Virus record (IMG/VR): IMGVR_UViG_3300032820_000002
Source of the DNA: an uncultured virus (IMG/VR IMGVR_UViG_3300032820_000002)
Taxonomy: Duplodnaviria; Heunggongvirae; Uroviricota; Caudoviricetes
Reading direction: 5' to 3' (one strand)
Length of the DNA stretch: 64,000 bases
Part shown: positions 17,983-28,573 of the stretch, in pieces
Layout of the letters: the number at the start of each line of letters is the position of its first letter
Position numbering within the stretch: position 1 is the first letter of the stretch
Made by a program: the position numbers and the translations under genes
Notes under the pieces: generated by a model
The model's database searches: none
The model's input: only the letters and a program-made list of their open reading frames with translations
What the model was told of the DNA's origin: nothing

Positions 17983-20466
17983 ATGTCACAAGTAGGAAGG
18001 ATTTCTGGTCCTTTATTAAAAGATAATTTATTACGCAATGGTGTAGATTTATCATTTAGCAATACCTTAGGAACTGATTACGTTTTATATCTAGATGTAA
18101 GTACAAGTACACTAGGAATTACTAAAGATGTTCCTGCTACTGACTTAGATAATATAGGAAACACATTAAGATCTACTAATTTTATTAATAATACTGTCTA
18201 TCCCGTCCCCATTGCAAATTTTAATATAGACGATTCAGATTTAAATGTTTTAGTAGGTGATATTAATTTAAATGCAGGAGAAGCAATTGTATTATCTAAT
18301 TTTGAAAATGATAATATAAAAATTAGTGATAATACAATTTCTACTTATAGAAGTAATGCAAGTATTGAATTAAATCCTAATGGTACAGGAATTGTTAATA
18401 TTATAAACGGATTAAATGTATATGGACACCTCGATACACCATATCAATTAACGTTGGGAGGAAGTATTACACTAGGAGATTCTTTAGCACAAGATACTAT
18501 AGATTTTAAATCTGAGGTTACAAGTAATTTTAATCCTGATGTTAGTCATACATCTAACGTAGGTAGTTTAAGTAAACAATGGGCTACTTCTCATTCTGAA
18601 ACATTAAACAGTCGAAGACTAAATTCTTCTAATGTAGAAATTTTTGATAATGTAATAAGAGCTACAATTTCAAATGATAACTTAGACCTTCAAACACAAG
18701 GAACAGGAAACGTTGGTTTAGAAAATGTACATTTTAATCAAGATGTAGTATCAACTAAATCAGACAGTGGCAATTTAGACTTAGAACTTGCAGGTCCTAC
18801 ACCAGCACCGGCTGAATATAATTGGGGTGATGATGGTGATGCTTCTTTTTATTCTTGGAATAAAATCAGTGGTACAAACTATCTCCTTTCTAATCTTTTA
18901 TTTAATAACACTGGTACACAACTTTATTATCCTAATAATGCCTCAATTCCTGACTCCATTTATGTGCATACGTTATCAACTCCTTGGGACGTGACCTCGA
19001 ATAATTATCCAACTACTACTTATATTTTCGATGTAACTGGAGAATGCCCTAGTACTAATAATATGGGAGGGATCTGGTTTAAACCTGATGGTTCAAAACT
19101 TTTCTGCTGCGGTGGTGTTTATACCGGGACAGAAACTAAATTATGGGCGTATGATTTAAGTACTCCTTTTGATCTAAGTACCGCAACTTTTAATAGTGAA
19201 GAATCAAATGCGTTAGCAACTCCGAGTGATGTAGATGGTAGAACAGGAATTTTCATTGATCCAACTGGCAAGTATCTCTATTTTGAAAGCATGAAAAACA
19301 GCATCCAGTATATACATAGACGAGAATTAGCAACTGCTTGGGACATATCTACTATACCACAAGAAGACCATTATACTAATACTTCTACAAATAAAGTATT
19401 TGCACCAGGTATACAATCTGATGGTAGCTGGGACGATCAAATGAGAGGAAATATATGGATTACTCCTGATGGTGGGAAATGGTATGGAGGATTTTGGGAC
19501 TGGGAACACAGCGGCTCAGCCAATGTCATTTATGAATTTGGTATGTCTACTCCTTGGGATATCTCAACATCTACAGCTACCGGACAAAGTATAAACATAA
19601 GAACACAACAAGGAGTTACGCCCGCCGTCGGGGATGATTATATGAGAAACGAACAAGAACAATCCGGAGGATTATTCTTTAAACCAGATTATACTAGAAT
19701 GTATGTTAGAACTGTAGATTCTGCTAGTGAAACAACAAAAGATTATTCAGGAATTCAAGAATGGAATCTAGACGGTCTAAGTTTTTCTGGTACTGACAAT
19801 CAAATAACTATAGATACAACAACAGCTATAAAAATTGCAACTGGCGATCAAGCCCAACGACCTAATATTAATACAGGTATTAGATTTAATACAACAGCAG
19901 AGCTTTTTGAAGGATACAATAGTGGTAATACAGTGTTTGGTGGGGTTTATTCAGATGATGCAGAAACAAATATTATTGCTCATCCTACTAATGATACTTT
20001 ATTATTTACAGCTAATTCAATTGCTTCTGGTTTTGTTGATTCAGGTGGACCAAATTTAACTGGATTACAAGTAGATGATATCCTTTTTGATGTTGCAACA
20101 GTTAGTACAGTTGCAGGAAATACTAATTTAAATCTTGTACCAAACGGAACTGGTGAAATAGTAATTAACGATATAAGTTTTTCTGATACTACTATAAAAA
20201 ATAATAGTAATAATGCATTTAATATTTCACACACTAACGCAGGTTTTGCTAAGTTTGTAGGAACACATGGATTAGTTATTCCTGTAGGTACAACTGCCGA
20301 ACGTCCAACATCGCCTGATACAGGAGACACACGATGGAATACAACTGTTCAAGAATTAGAAACTTTTGATGGTACTAATTGGATTGCAGCGGCAGGGGCA
20401 GGTAGTGTAATTTCCGAAGCAGCCTATAACGAACTTCTTTTGTCTTATATTATATCTATGGGATAA
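17983..20466 (+). CDS. Tail-fibre-like protein with inserted beta-propeller-like domain
   Basis: N-terminus VGRISGPLLK shared with 20602 gene; central LSTPWD/FKPDG repeats. Confidence 0.75.
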   Translation: MSQVGRISGPLLKDNLLRNGVDLSFSNTLGTDYVLYLDVSTSTLGITKDVPATDLDNIGNTLRSTNFINNTVYPVPIANFNIDDSDLNVLVGDINLNAGEAIVLSNFENDNIKISDNTISTYRSNASIELNPNGTGIVNIINGLNVYGHLDTPYQLTLGGSITLGDSLAQDTIDFKSEVTSNFNPDVSHTSNVGSLSKQWATSHSETLNSRRLNSSNVEIFDNVIRATISNDNLDLQTQGTGNVGLENVHFNQDVVSTKSDSGNLDLELAGPTPAPAEYNWGDDGDASFYSWNKISGTNYLLSNLLFNNTGTQLYYPNNASIPDSIYVHTLSTPWDVTSNNYPTTTYIFDVTGECPSTNNMGGIWFKPDGSKLFCCGGVYTGTETKLWAYDLSTPFDLSTATFNSEESNALATPSDVDGRTGIFIDPTGKYLYFESMKNSIQYIHRRELATAWDISTIPQEDHYTNTSTNKVFAPGIQSDGSWDDQMRGNIWITPDGGKWYGGFWDWEHSGSANVIYEFGMSTPWDISTSTATGQSINIRTQQGVTPAVGDDYMRNEQEQSGGLFFKPDYTRMYVRTVDSASETTKDYSGIQEWNLDGLSFSGTDNQITIDTTTAIKIATGDQAQRPNINTGIRFNTTAELFEGYNSGNTVFGGVYSDDAETNIIAHPTNDTLLFTANSIASGFVDSGGPNLTGLQVDDILFDVATVSTVAGNTNLNLVPNGTGEIVINDISFSDTTIKNNSNNAFNISHTNAGFAKFVGTHGLVIPVGTTAERPTSPDTGDTRWNTTVQELETFDGTNWIAAAGAGSVISEAAYNELLLSYIISMG

Positions 20467-20601
20467 ACTTTCTCCAAAAACGATAAATATATTTAATGCA
20501 ATGTATGATCGATGCTTGCAGGACAAACTGTGGTTGACCAGCAAAGAGCATAAGCTGAAAATTAGGTTAGAGGGACAGGATCCCCGTATTGAGGAAAAGA
20601 A

Positions 20602-22077
20602 ATGGCTGTCGGTCGAATATCAGGTCCGCTTCTTAAGTCAAATTTAATTCGAAACGGAATTGATTTAGCTTTTGAAAATGACTTATTATATCTAGATGTA
20701 AATAACCTGCGTGTCGGTGTTAAAACAAGCTCTCCTCAATATGAATTAGATATTAACGGAACAACAAGAACAACAAACTTAGTAGTAGATACTGATGCTA
20801 CTATAGCTGGTGTAAATTTTAACAACAATACTATCAGTACAACAAACGATTATCTAAATTTAGGCACATTAGATACAATTGTATATCATAATAAATTAAG
20901 AGTTGACTCAATTGACATTGAAGGCAACTTAATATCTTCTAACGATTCTAATGCAAATATAGAATTTCGACCTAATGGTACAGGTACTGTTGACATCTTT
21001 TCAAATTTAAATGTTGATGGTAGTGTACATGTAACAGGAAATATTACAGCAGACGGGAATATTGTAATAGGAGATGAAGATACTGATTCTATAACACTTA
21101 ATGCAGAAATTGCTAGTGATATCATACCAGATGTAACTAATACATATAATTTAGGTTCTGTTAGCAGACAATGGTATAATGCTTGGATTTATAGCGTACA
21201 TTCAAACGATGCTAATATTGGCGATATGGAAATACGCGACAATTATATCCAAACAGTTGTATCCAATGCAGATTTAGAATTAAGAGGTAGCGGAACAGGT
21301 GCAGTAACTATTGATACATTTACTTTTAAAGATGCTACAATATCATCTACTGGAAACTTTACAATATCTCCAGCTACAGGAAATGTACAAATAACAGGAA
21401 CTGGCGCACTAAAATTACCAACTGGTACAACAGCACAAAGACCTACTGCTGATGCAGGATTAATTAGATATAATACAGATTTAAATACATTTGAAGGATA
21501 CGACAATTCTAATTGGATCGTATTAAATGGTGTGCAAGATTTAGATGGTAACACTAAAATTACCGCAGAATTAACGCCTGGCGCAAATGATGACACTATA
21601 CGTTTTTATATTGCAGGAACCCAAGTTGCAGATATTACTAGCGCACGATTTAATGCTGGTAAAGTAATTGTAGATGATATCCAAATAGACGGAAACACAA
21701 TAGAAACTACAACAGCAGATACAGATTTAGAATTTGATGCTAATGGTACAGGCAGTATTGTTTTTGATAGTGCTTTAGGTTTTAGAAATAGTACAATAAC
21801 TAACCTTGTTAATAATGGTATTACAAACTTTTCAAACACAGGTAATGGTTATTATAAATTTACTGGAACAGGCGGAATGGTTATACCTGTAGGAAATAAT
21901 ACTAATCGTCCTCCTGTTATTAATACAGAAACTGGAATGGTTAGGTTTAATACAGCAGAACAAAGAGTTGAAATTTATGACGGGACAGACTGGGTATCAG
22001 TTGCTGGTTCAGCATCAGGTATTACAGTAGGAGATGCAGAGTCAATTGCATTAGAATTAATTTTGAGCTTAGGATAA
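20602..22077 (+). CDS. Tail-fibre-like protein, paralog of 17983-20466
   Basis: MAVGRISGPLLK; PNGTG repeats; P.GTTAQRP..G.IRYNT motifs. Confidence 0.75.
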   Translation: MAVGRISGPLLKSNLIRNGIDLAFENDLLYLDVNNLRVGVKTSSPQYELDINGTTRTTNLVVDTDATIAGVNFNNNTISTTNDYLNLGTLDTIVYHNKLRVDSIDIEGNLISSNDSNANIEFRPNGTGTVDIFSNLNVDGSVHVTGNITADGNIVIGDEDTDSITLNAEIASDIIPDVTNTYNLGSVSRQWYNAWIYSVHSNDANIGDMEIRDNYIQTVVSNADLELRGSGTGAVTIDTFTFKDATISSTGNFTISPATGNVQITGTGALKLPTGTTAQRPTADAGLIRYNTDLNTFEGYDNSNWIVLNGVQDLDGNTKITAELTPGANDDTIRFYIAGTQVADITSARFNAGKVIVDDIQIDGNTIETTTADTDLEFDANGTGSIVFDSALGFRNSTITNLVNNGITNFSNTGNGYYKFTGTGGMVIPVGNNTNRPPVINTETGMVRFNTAEQRVEIYDGTDWVSVAGSASGITVGDAESIALELILSLG

Positions 22078-22082
22078 AATAA

Positions 22083-22412
22083 ATGGCAACGTTTTTTAGA
22101 AATAAAGTAGTAAAAGAAGTAGGAACTGTTCCTGTAAAATGTTTAGAAACAGATGGCGCTACACGATCTACTATTATTGGAATAAATTTAACTAATTTAT
22201 TAGAAGGTAATGTTTTTGTTAGTATTTTAGTTCACGACGATACTAGTGTTCAAGGATTTTATTTAAAAGATGTTATGATACCTCCTAATACAAGCCTACG
22301 GGCATTAAGTACTGGAGAAAAATTAATACTTGCACCTAGCAATTCATTACATGTTGTAACAGATACAACTGATTCAATAGATGTAATATTAAGTTATGTG
22401 GATATTGTATAA
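22083..22412 (+). CDS. Small virion protein
   Basis: 109 aa within the fibre operon; EKLILAP motif. Confidence 0.7.
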   Translation: MATFFRNKVVKEVGTVPVKCLETDGATRSTIIGINLTNLLEGNVFVSILVHDDTSVQGFYLKDVMIPPNTSLRALSTGEKLILAPSNSLHVVTDTTDSIDVILSYVDIV

Positions 22413-22421
22413 GGAATAATT

Positions 22422-22790
22422 ATGTCAAACTATATAGGAATGAGTGCAGATTCAGTAATACCTAATACACAAGGTAGGTATTTCTATGGCTTAAGACGAA
22501 CAGACGAAGGTGAATTATTTTTTGGTAGAGTTGATCAATTTAAAAATGAAGATTCTATAACAATTAATAAACCTGGAGATCCTACAGAAAATTTTCCTAG
22601 TTTTTCTGAAGGACAAGATTTTTATGAAGGAAGGGACGCTAATCATAATTTAGTTTATGATAATTTAAATTTTGAACAATATCGTTGGGATGACAAAAAT
22701 ATTTATTATTATATTAATTCAGAAGGCGAGCTAGTAGCTAGAATAAATCAAGCTCAAACATATGATGATAATTCATCGTCAGCAGGATAA
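22422..22790 (+). CDS. Hypothetical virion protein
   Basis: 122 aa, AAGGA RBS, in operon. Confidence 0.7.
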   Translation: MSNYIGMSADSVIPNTQGRYFYGLRRTDEGELFFGRVDQFKNEDSITINKPGDPTENFPSFSEGQDFYEGRDANHNLVYDNLNFEQYRWDDKNIYYYINSEGELVARINQAQTYDDNSSSAG

Positions 22791-22804
22791 GAATGGAATA
22801 AAAA

Positions 22805-25800
22805 ATGGCAGACTTTAAAATTGAAAGAATTAGATTCCGTTGGAAGAATATATGGACAGGCTCTACTGCTTATGTAAAAGATGATATAGTAATATATCAA
22901 GGAAAAGCATTTGTCTGTTTAATAGGACACACTTCCAACACAGACTTTTATATTGATTTAGAAGCTGCATCTCCTAAATGGGGATTAATGTTAGACGGCT
23001 ATGAATGGCGAGCCGATTGGGCACCTAGTACATATTATTCAAAAGGTGACATTGCAAAATTTAAAGCAAATATTCTTAGATGTATAACTCCGCATACTTC
23101 TGCTGCAACAACAACATTAGGATTGCCTGCAGATAGCAGCAAATGGGAATATGTAACACAAGTAGTTAATTGGCTTAATGAATGGACCATTAGTACTTCT
23201 TATGATCTTCGTGATGTAATTAGATATAATGGTTATGTTTATTCTTGTAATACAAAACATGTTTCAGCTGCTACAACAGCTTTAGGATTAGAACAAGACC
23301 AAGCATACTGGACAATAGTAACTGCTTCTGATCATTGGTCAGGCGATTGGACAATTAATACAAGATATCGTTACTCCGATGTTATGAGATATAACGGTAT
23401 ACTATATAGATGTATAATTGGACATACAAGTGGAACAGTTACATTTGATGAAGATTCTACTTCATCAGAATGGGAAATTGTAACTTCTGGAGTAGAGTAT
23501 AGAAGTACATTCACAGATAACACACGATATAGAATTAATGATGTTGTAAAATATGGTGGATCTCTTTGGAGATGTTTAATAGAATACGTTTCTAGTTCTT
23601 TATTTAGAGAAGATGAAAATCCTCATTGGGAAATCTATCTACCAGGATTAGAGTTTGAAAGAATCTGGGATCAAAATATAGAATATAATAGAGGCGATAT
23701 AGTACTTTATGGTGGTTATGTTTATACTGCTTTAGAAAATAATAGTAATAGTGTTCCTAGTTTATATGGAAAAGCACAGGATTCTGGAATTTGGGAATTA
23801 TTGAAAGAAGGATATACACACAAAGGTGAATTTGGTGAAGATAGTTCCAGTCAAGAATACAAAACAGGTGATGTTGTTAGACACACAGGTTTCTTATATC
23901 TTTGTCTTGCTGATTCAGAAGGTGAAGTACCTGATGGTTCTGCCAAGTGGCAAATATTAGTTAACGGTAGTAATCACAGAGCAGAATGGAGCGACAGTGG
24001 AACATATAATCTTAAAGACATTGTTCTATATTCTAGTTCTGCATATATTTGTATCTTACGACATGGTTCGTCTGCTTTAACTAGACCTGATATAGATGCA
24101 ACTAATTGGACACTTTTAGTACAAGGAACTGCATCTAACGTTTTAACACAACGAGGCGATTTAAGAACACACTTTTCTGAAGTAGATAGTACATTAGCTG
24201 ATGAAAGATTGCCAATAGGTTTATCAGGTGAAGTTCTAAAAACTTTAACTGATTCAAACTGGGAACAAGGTCGACCTGTTTGGTCAAATGTTGGTGCAAT
24301 AGATAATGTTTACTTTGTTGGTACACATGGTCAAGATATTTCTACTGCTGGTGCAACAGAACAAAACCCCTTTAAAACTATCAAATTTGCCTGTGATTAT
24401 ATTCAAGCAGATTTAGCAAGCCGTGCACCGGCTACAGTTTTTATTAAATCAGGAACTTATCACGAAATACTTCCTATAAGTGTTCCAGCAGATGTTGGTT
24501 TAGTAGGTGATGAATTACGTAGCGTTAAAGTAAAACCTAGCCCAGGATATGAGCAAAGTGATATGTTCTATGTTAGAAATGCTGGCGGTATACGAAATAT
24601 GCATTTAGAAGGTATTAAAGGAACATTTTATAGAGGAAGTGTTAAAACAGACGGGGTACATGGTAGATCGGATGGCGACTTAGTAGAAATACGCGATATT
24701 TTAGTTAATTGTGTATTAGGATCAAAAACATATCCTATAGTTGAAACTACTACTACATTCACTGTGTTATCTTCATTTTTACTTACATCTGCATTTCAAG
24801 TTGACTTAGGAACTAGTGCAGTTGGCCATACTTATGTTAGTGGTGGTACAGTTGTTAAAGGTGACGGAACAAGACTAGCAATTACAGATTTTGATTATAA
24901 TGGTGGTACAGGTATTGGTACAATTACTACAGCAGTAACACATAACTTATCAGCTTCAGATACTGTAAACTTATTTGGTATAATAACAAATTGTAGTTAT
25001 GGAACTAAAGTATATCCTCAAATGCCGCATGCAGGAGTTTATCCTGTATCAGTAGTAGGTACTGATGTTTTAAACTTTTTCTTACCAACTAGTGATATAG
25101 TACACAATTATACTAGTGGCGGCGAAGTTAAAAATGTAACACTTTTAAATGCAGGTAGTGCAACAAATATCACAGGATTTAACTACGCAAATGAGAACGG
25201 ATATACAACTATTACTTCAGCTGATCATGGATTAGAAATTGGTGATTATGTTAAACTAGCAGATATTAAAGTTTCTTGTACACATCCTGCTGTTGCTGTA
25301 GGGTCGTCAGGAGGGGAAAAAATTTATCCTGATACTACAATAAGTTCAGGAATATTTTATGTTTATGATGTTATAGATGAGAATACTTTTGCTTTTGGAA
25401 TGGATATAAGTACATTTGTTCACGCTTATCTTAGCGGAGGTACAGTACAAAAAGTTACATGGACAACATCTAATCCACTTTCTTTACTTTCTTTTACATA
25501 TAATTCCGATGGCATTATAAACGAACACGGAACAAAACGTCCAACCGCAGGTGCATTTGTATCCTTAGATCCAGGAACAGGACCTGCTGATGAAACTGTT
25601 TGGATTACAACCAAATCAACTTATGTACAAAACGTAACAACTTTTGGTGAAAGATGTGTTGGTATGAAAATTGATGGCTCATTACACAATGGTGGACTTG
25701 TTTCTATTGTTGCTAATGACTTTTCACAAATAATAATTGATGGTATAGGTTATTGGGCTTTATATAATGGAATGTCAGAATTGGTGTCAGTTTTTACTTA

Positions 25801-28519
25801 TTATTGTCATATAGGATATCTATCAGAATTTGGTGGTAGACTACGTGCAACAAACGGAAATAACTCTTATGGAGATTTTGGTTCGGTTGCAGAAGGAGTA
25901 AATCCTTCAGAAACTGCAATTATAGGAAAAGTAAATAATAAATCAACTGAAGCTAAAGTAAGTGTTGTTGAAACAAACGGAGTTAATTTATTAGCTTTTG
26001 GCTACTCAAATGCTGGTCAAGAATATACTAGTGCTACTCCTACAATATCAGGATCAGGATATGGTGCTGTTATAAAGTATGAAGAATTTAGAAAAGATGC
26101 AATATCAGAAGTAAGAATAACCGATCCTGGAGATTCTAGTACCTCTGGTGGATTAGGTTATACTTATAAATTAAATACTGCCCAAGGAGGCGATAGTACA
26201 ACTATTACACTTTCAGCAGCAGATACTGAAGGTACTGCCGTCCTTTATAGAAATCAAAGAATAGTTATAGTAGGAGGAAAGGGCGCAGGGCAATATGGTA
26301 CAATTACTGATTTTGACACAGTAACTAAAATATGTCAAGTAAGTAGAGAATCTGATATGGGAGCAGGTTGGGAACATTTATATCCTGGTTTTCAAATAGA
26401 AACTACTTTAGATACTAGTACTAGATATTCTATTGAACCTAGAGTAGATCTAGCTTGGCCTACCTGGACAAAAACAAGTCAAACATGCTCAGTTGATGTT
26501 CTATCTCTTACTTCTTCAGGCGCAGGAACAACTAATTTTATAGCATCAAATAAGTCAGGCGTTGCTCCAGGAGCTGTTGTTTATTCAACAGATGGCGGAG
26601 CTAATTGGTTAAATTCTACATTAACAGGAGCTACTATAGGTACATTTGGTCTATGGAACAATGTAATAGGAAATAGAAAAAATAATAATGTTTTAGCACT
26701 TATGCAAGGACATACTGTTTATGCAGCCCGGTCTACAGACAAAGGCGAAACTTTTTCAGAAATTACTTTTGCTAACGGTGCTAATTGGATAGATGCTGCT
26801 TTTGGAGATAATGAAATCTTAGTAATATCAAGTGGTAGTGCAACAGAAATAGCTAAAAGTACAGATAGTGGTGCTACTTGGACAGCTGGAACTACAATAT
26901 CAGGCGAACATTTTAATATTGCATATGGTAATGGAAAATATATAGTAACAACATATGGCAATTCATTCTCTACTTCAACAGACGGTGACACTTGGACAAC
27001 TGTAACTGTTCCAATAAATTCTCATTGGCAAGATATTGCATATGGTAATGGCACATTTGTAGCAGTTGGTGAAAATGATTCAGCTGTTATATACAGTTCA
27101 GATGGTGTAACTTGGTATACAGCTTATGTAGATATTGAGGATATGCATGATAGTACTGCAATAACTTGGAGTACGGTAGAATATAATGCAGGCGTTTGGA
27201 TGATTACAAATGCAACAAACGATACTGTTATTACATCACAATCAGCAAGTTCGTGGTACTCTTATTTAGAAGATAGTGTTAGGAAATCATTAGGCTATTC
27301 ATCGGGAGCATTAACAGTTACATCAGGAGAAAACGATTTAGGTAGGCCTATTTGGCTGTTTGCTACTGGATTAGATGATAGTACCTCTAGCAATTTACAA
27401 CTAGTTCAATTTGGAGCAAAACCGCTAATTAGAGTCACTGTAACTGGTTCAAGAATATCCGCATTTACAATTTACGAGCCTGGTAGTGGATATGCATCTG
27501 CTCCAACTTTATCTATCTCAGATAACACAAATACAGACGACGTGACATTTACTGTAAGAATGGGAAGTAGCGGAGTACTAGCCCAACCTGTCTTTGTTAA
27601 TAGAGGGGCTGACTTTAATATAGCTTCTGCAACTGTTGCTGGAGACGGCTATGCTGACTCTTATCAATTAGGAAATAGTCTTGTTATGAAGGACGTAACA
27701 AGAGAACCCGGACCAGGTGATAACTTAATTATTTCAGGAATAAACGATATTATTTATAAAGTTGTAAGTATTGATATTGTAACTGGCTCTGAACCGTCAT
27801 TAGCTATGACAATAACTATTAGTCCTCCACTTGGTAAAGCAGAATCTCCCAACCACGATACTTCTACAGAAATTAGGCAGAACTATAGTCAAGTTAGATT
27901 AACAGGACATGATTTCCTTGATGTAGGTACAGGTGATTTTAGGGAAACAGATTATCCTAGATTATATACAGAAGGTTTTAATTTTCAAGAAGGTTTTGAA
28001 CCTAAAACTTATAACGAAGTAGTAGAAAAAGGTGGCGGCAGAGTATTTTATACTTCAACTGACCAAGATGGTAATTTCCGTGTAGGAGAATTGTTCTTAG
28101 TAGAACAAAGCACCGGTGTTATAACATTAAATGCAGATTTATTTAATTTTACAGGTTTAGAAGAAATTTCTATAGGCGGATTTCAAGTAGGCGGTACAGT
28201 AGTTACTATTAATGAATTTTCAAAAGAGCCTACGTTTTTCGAAAATTCAGATACAATAGTACCTACACAAAAAGCTACAGCAAGTTATATAACATCACGA
28301 GTAAGTGGTGGCGGTGCAAATGCAGCTACTAACCAACTTAATGTTGGACAAATTAGAATATCTGAAAACAATATTTCATCTATAGTTGATACAATTGTGG
28401 TGCCTGGATTAGTAAATATTACAGGTGGTATAAGTGGTAGTTTATTAGCAAACATGTATTACATTGGAACTTCTGATCAGGGACACGTTATGGATGGTGA
28501 AGGAACAGCAACATGGTAA
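22805..28519 (+). CDS. Giant tail fibre/adhesin (1904 aa): CBM5/12-like repeats, beta-helix-like region, Asp-box propeller
   Basis: Repeated W-x5-Y-x3-D-x-V-x-Y-x-G units; PFKTIK.A and GDELRS motifs; S-T-D-x-G-x-x-W Asp boxes. Confidence 0.8.
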   Translation: MADFKIERIRFRWKNIWTGSTAYVKDDIVIYQGKAFVCLIGHTSNTDFYIDLEAASPKWGLMLDGYEWRADWAPSTYYSKGDIAKFKANILRCITPHTSAATTTLGLPADSSKWEYVTQVVNWLNEWTISTSYDLRDVIRYNGYVYSCNTKHVSAATTALGLEQDQAYWTIVTASDHWSGDWTINTRYRYSDVMRYNGILYRCIIGHTSGTVTFDEDSTSSEWEIVTSGVEYRSTFTDNTRYRINDVVKYGGSLWRCLIEYVSSSLFREDENPHWEIYLPGLEFERIWDQNIEYNRGDIVLYGGYVYTALENNSNSVPSLYGKAQDSGIWELLKEGYTHKGEFGEDSSSQEYKTGDVVRHTGFLYLCLADSEGEVPDGSAKWQILVNGSNHRAEWSDSGTYNLKDIVLYSSSAYICILRHGSSALTRPDIDATNWTLLVQGTASNVLTQRGDLRTHFSEVDSTLADERLPIGLSGEVLKTLTDSNWEQGRPVWSNVGAIDNVYFVGTHGQDISTAGATEQNPFKTIKFACDYIQADLASRAPATVFIKSGTYHEILPISVPADVGLVGDELRSVKVKPSPGYEQSDMFYVRNAGGIRNMHLEGIKGTFYRGSVKTDGVHGRSDGDLVEIRDILVNCVLGSKTYPIVETTTTFTVLSSFLLTSAFQVDLGTSAVGHTYVSGGTVVKGDGTRLAITDFDYNGGTGIGTITTAVTHNLSASDTVNLFGIITNCSYGTKVYPQMPHAGVYPVSVVGTDVLNFFLPTSDIVHNYTSGGEVKNVTLLNAGSATNITGFNYANENGYTTITSADHGLEIGDYVKLADIKVSCTHPAVAVGSSGGEKIYPDTTISSGIFYVYDVIDENTFAFGMDISTFVHAYLSGGTVQKVTWTTSNPLSLLSFTYNSDGIINEHGTKRPTAGAFVSLDPGTGPADETVWITTKSTYVQNVTTFGERCVGMKIDGSLHNGGLVSIVANDFSQIIIDGIGYWALYNGMSELVSVFTYYCHIGYLSEFGGRLRATNGNNSYGDFGSVAEGVNPSETAIIGKVNNKSTEAKVSVVETNGVNLLAFGYSNAGQEYTSATPTISGSGYGAVIKYEEFRKDAISEVRITDPGDSSTSGGLGYTYKLNTAQGGDSTTITLSAADTEGTAVLYRNQRIVIVGGKGAGQYGTITDFDTVTKICQVSRESDMGAGWEHLYPGFQIETTLDTSTRYSIEPRVDLAWPTWTKTSQTCSVDVLSLTSSGAGTTNFIASNKSGVAPGAVVYSTDGGANWLNSTLTGATIGTFGLWNNVIGNRKNNNVLALMQGHTVYAARSTDKGETFSEITFANGANWIDAAFGDNEILVISSGSATEIAKSTDSGATWTAGTTISGEHFNIAYGNGKYIVTTYGNSFSTSTDGDTWTTVTVPINSHWQDIAYGNGTFVAVGENDSAVIYSSDGVTWYTAYVDIEDMHDSTAITWSTVEYNAGVWMITNATNDTVITSQSASSWYSYLEDSVRKSLGYSSGALTVTSGENDLGRPIWLFATGLDDSTSSNLQLVQFGAKPLIRVTVTGSRISAFTIYEPGSGYASAPTLSISDNTNTDDVTFTVRMGSSGVLAQPVFVNRGADFNIASATVAGDGYADSYQLGNSLVMKDVTREPGPGDNLIISGINDIIYKVVSIDIVTGSEPSLAMTITISPPLGKAESPNHDTSTEIRQNYSQVRLTGHDFLDVGTGDFRETDYPRLYTEGFNFQEGFEPKTYNEVVEKGGGRVFYTSTDQDGNFRVGELFLVEQSTGVITLNADLFNFTGLEEISIGGFQVGGTVVTINEFSKEPTFFENSDTIVPTQKATASYITSRVSGGGANAATNQLNVGQIRISENNISSIVDTIVVPGLVNITGGISGSLLANMYYIGTSDQGHVMDGEGTATW

Positions 28520-28573
28520 ATCGTAAAACAATTAAGGTACAAACTTATATAAATATACAAAATGGAGTGGTAA

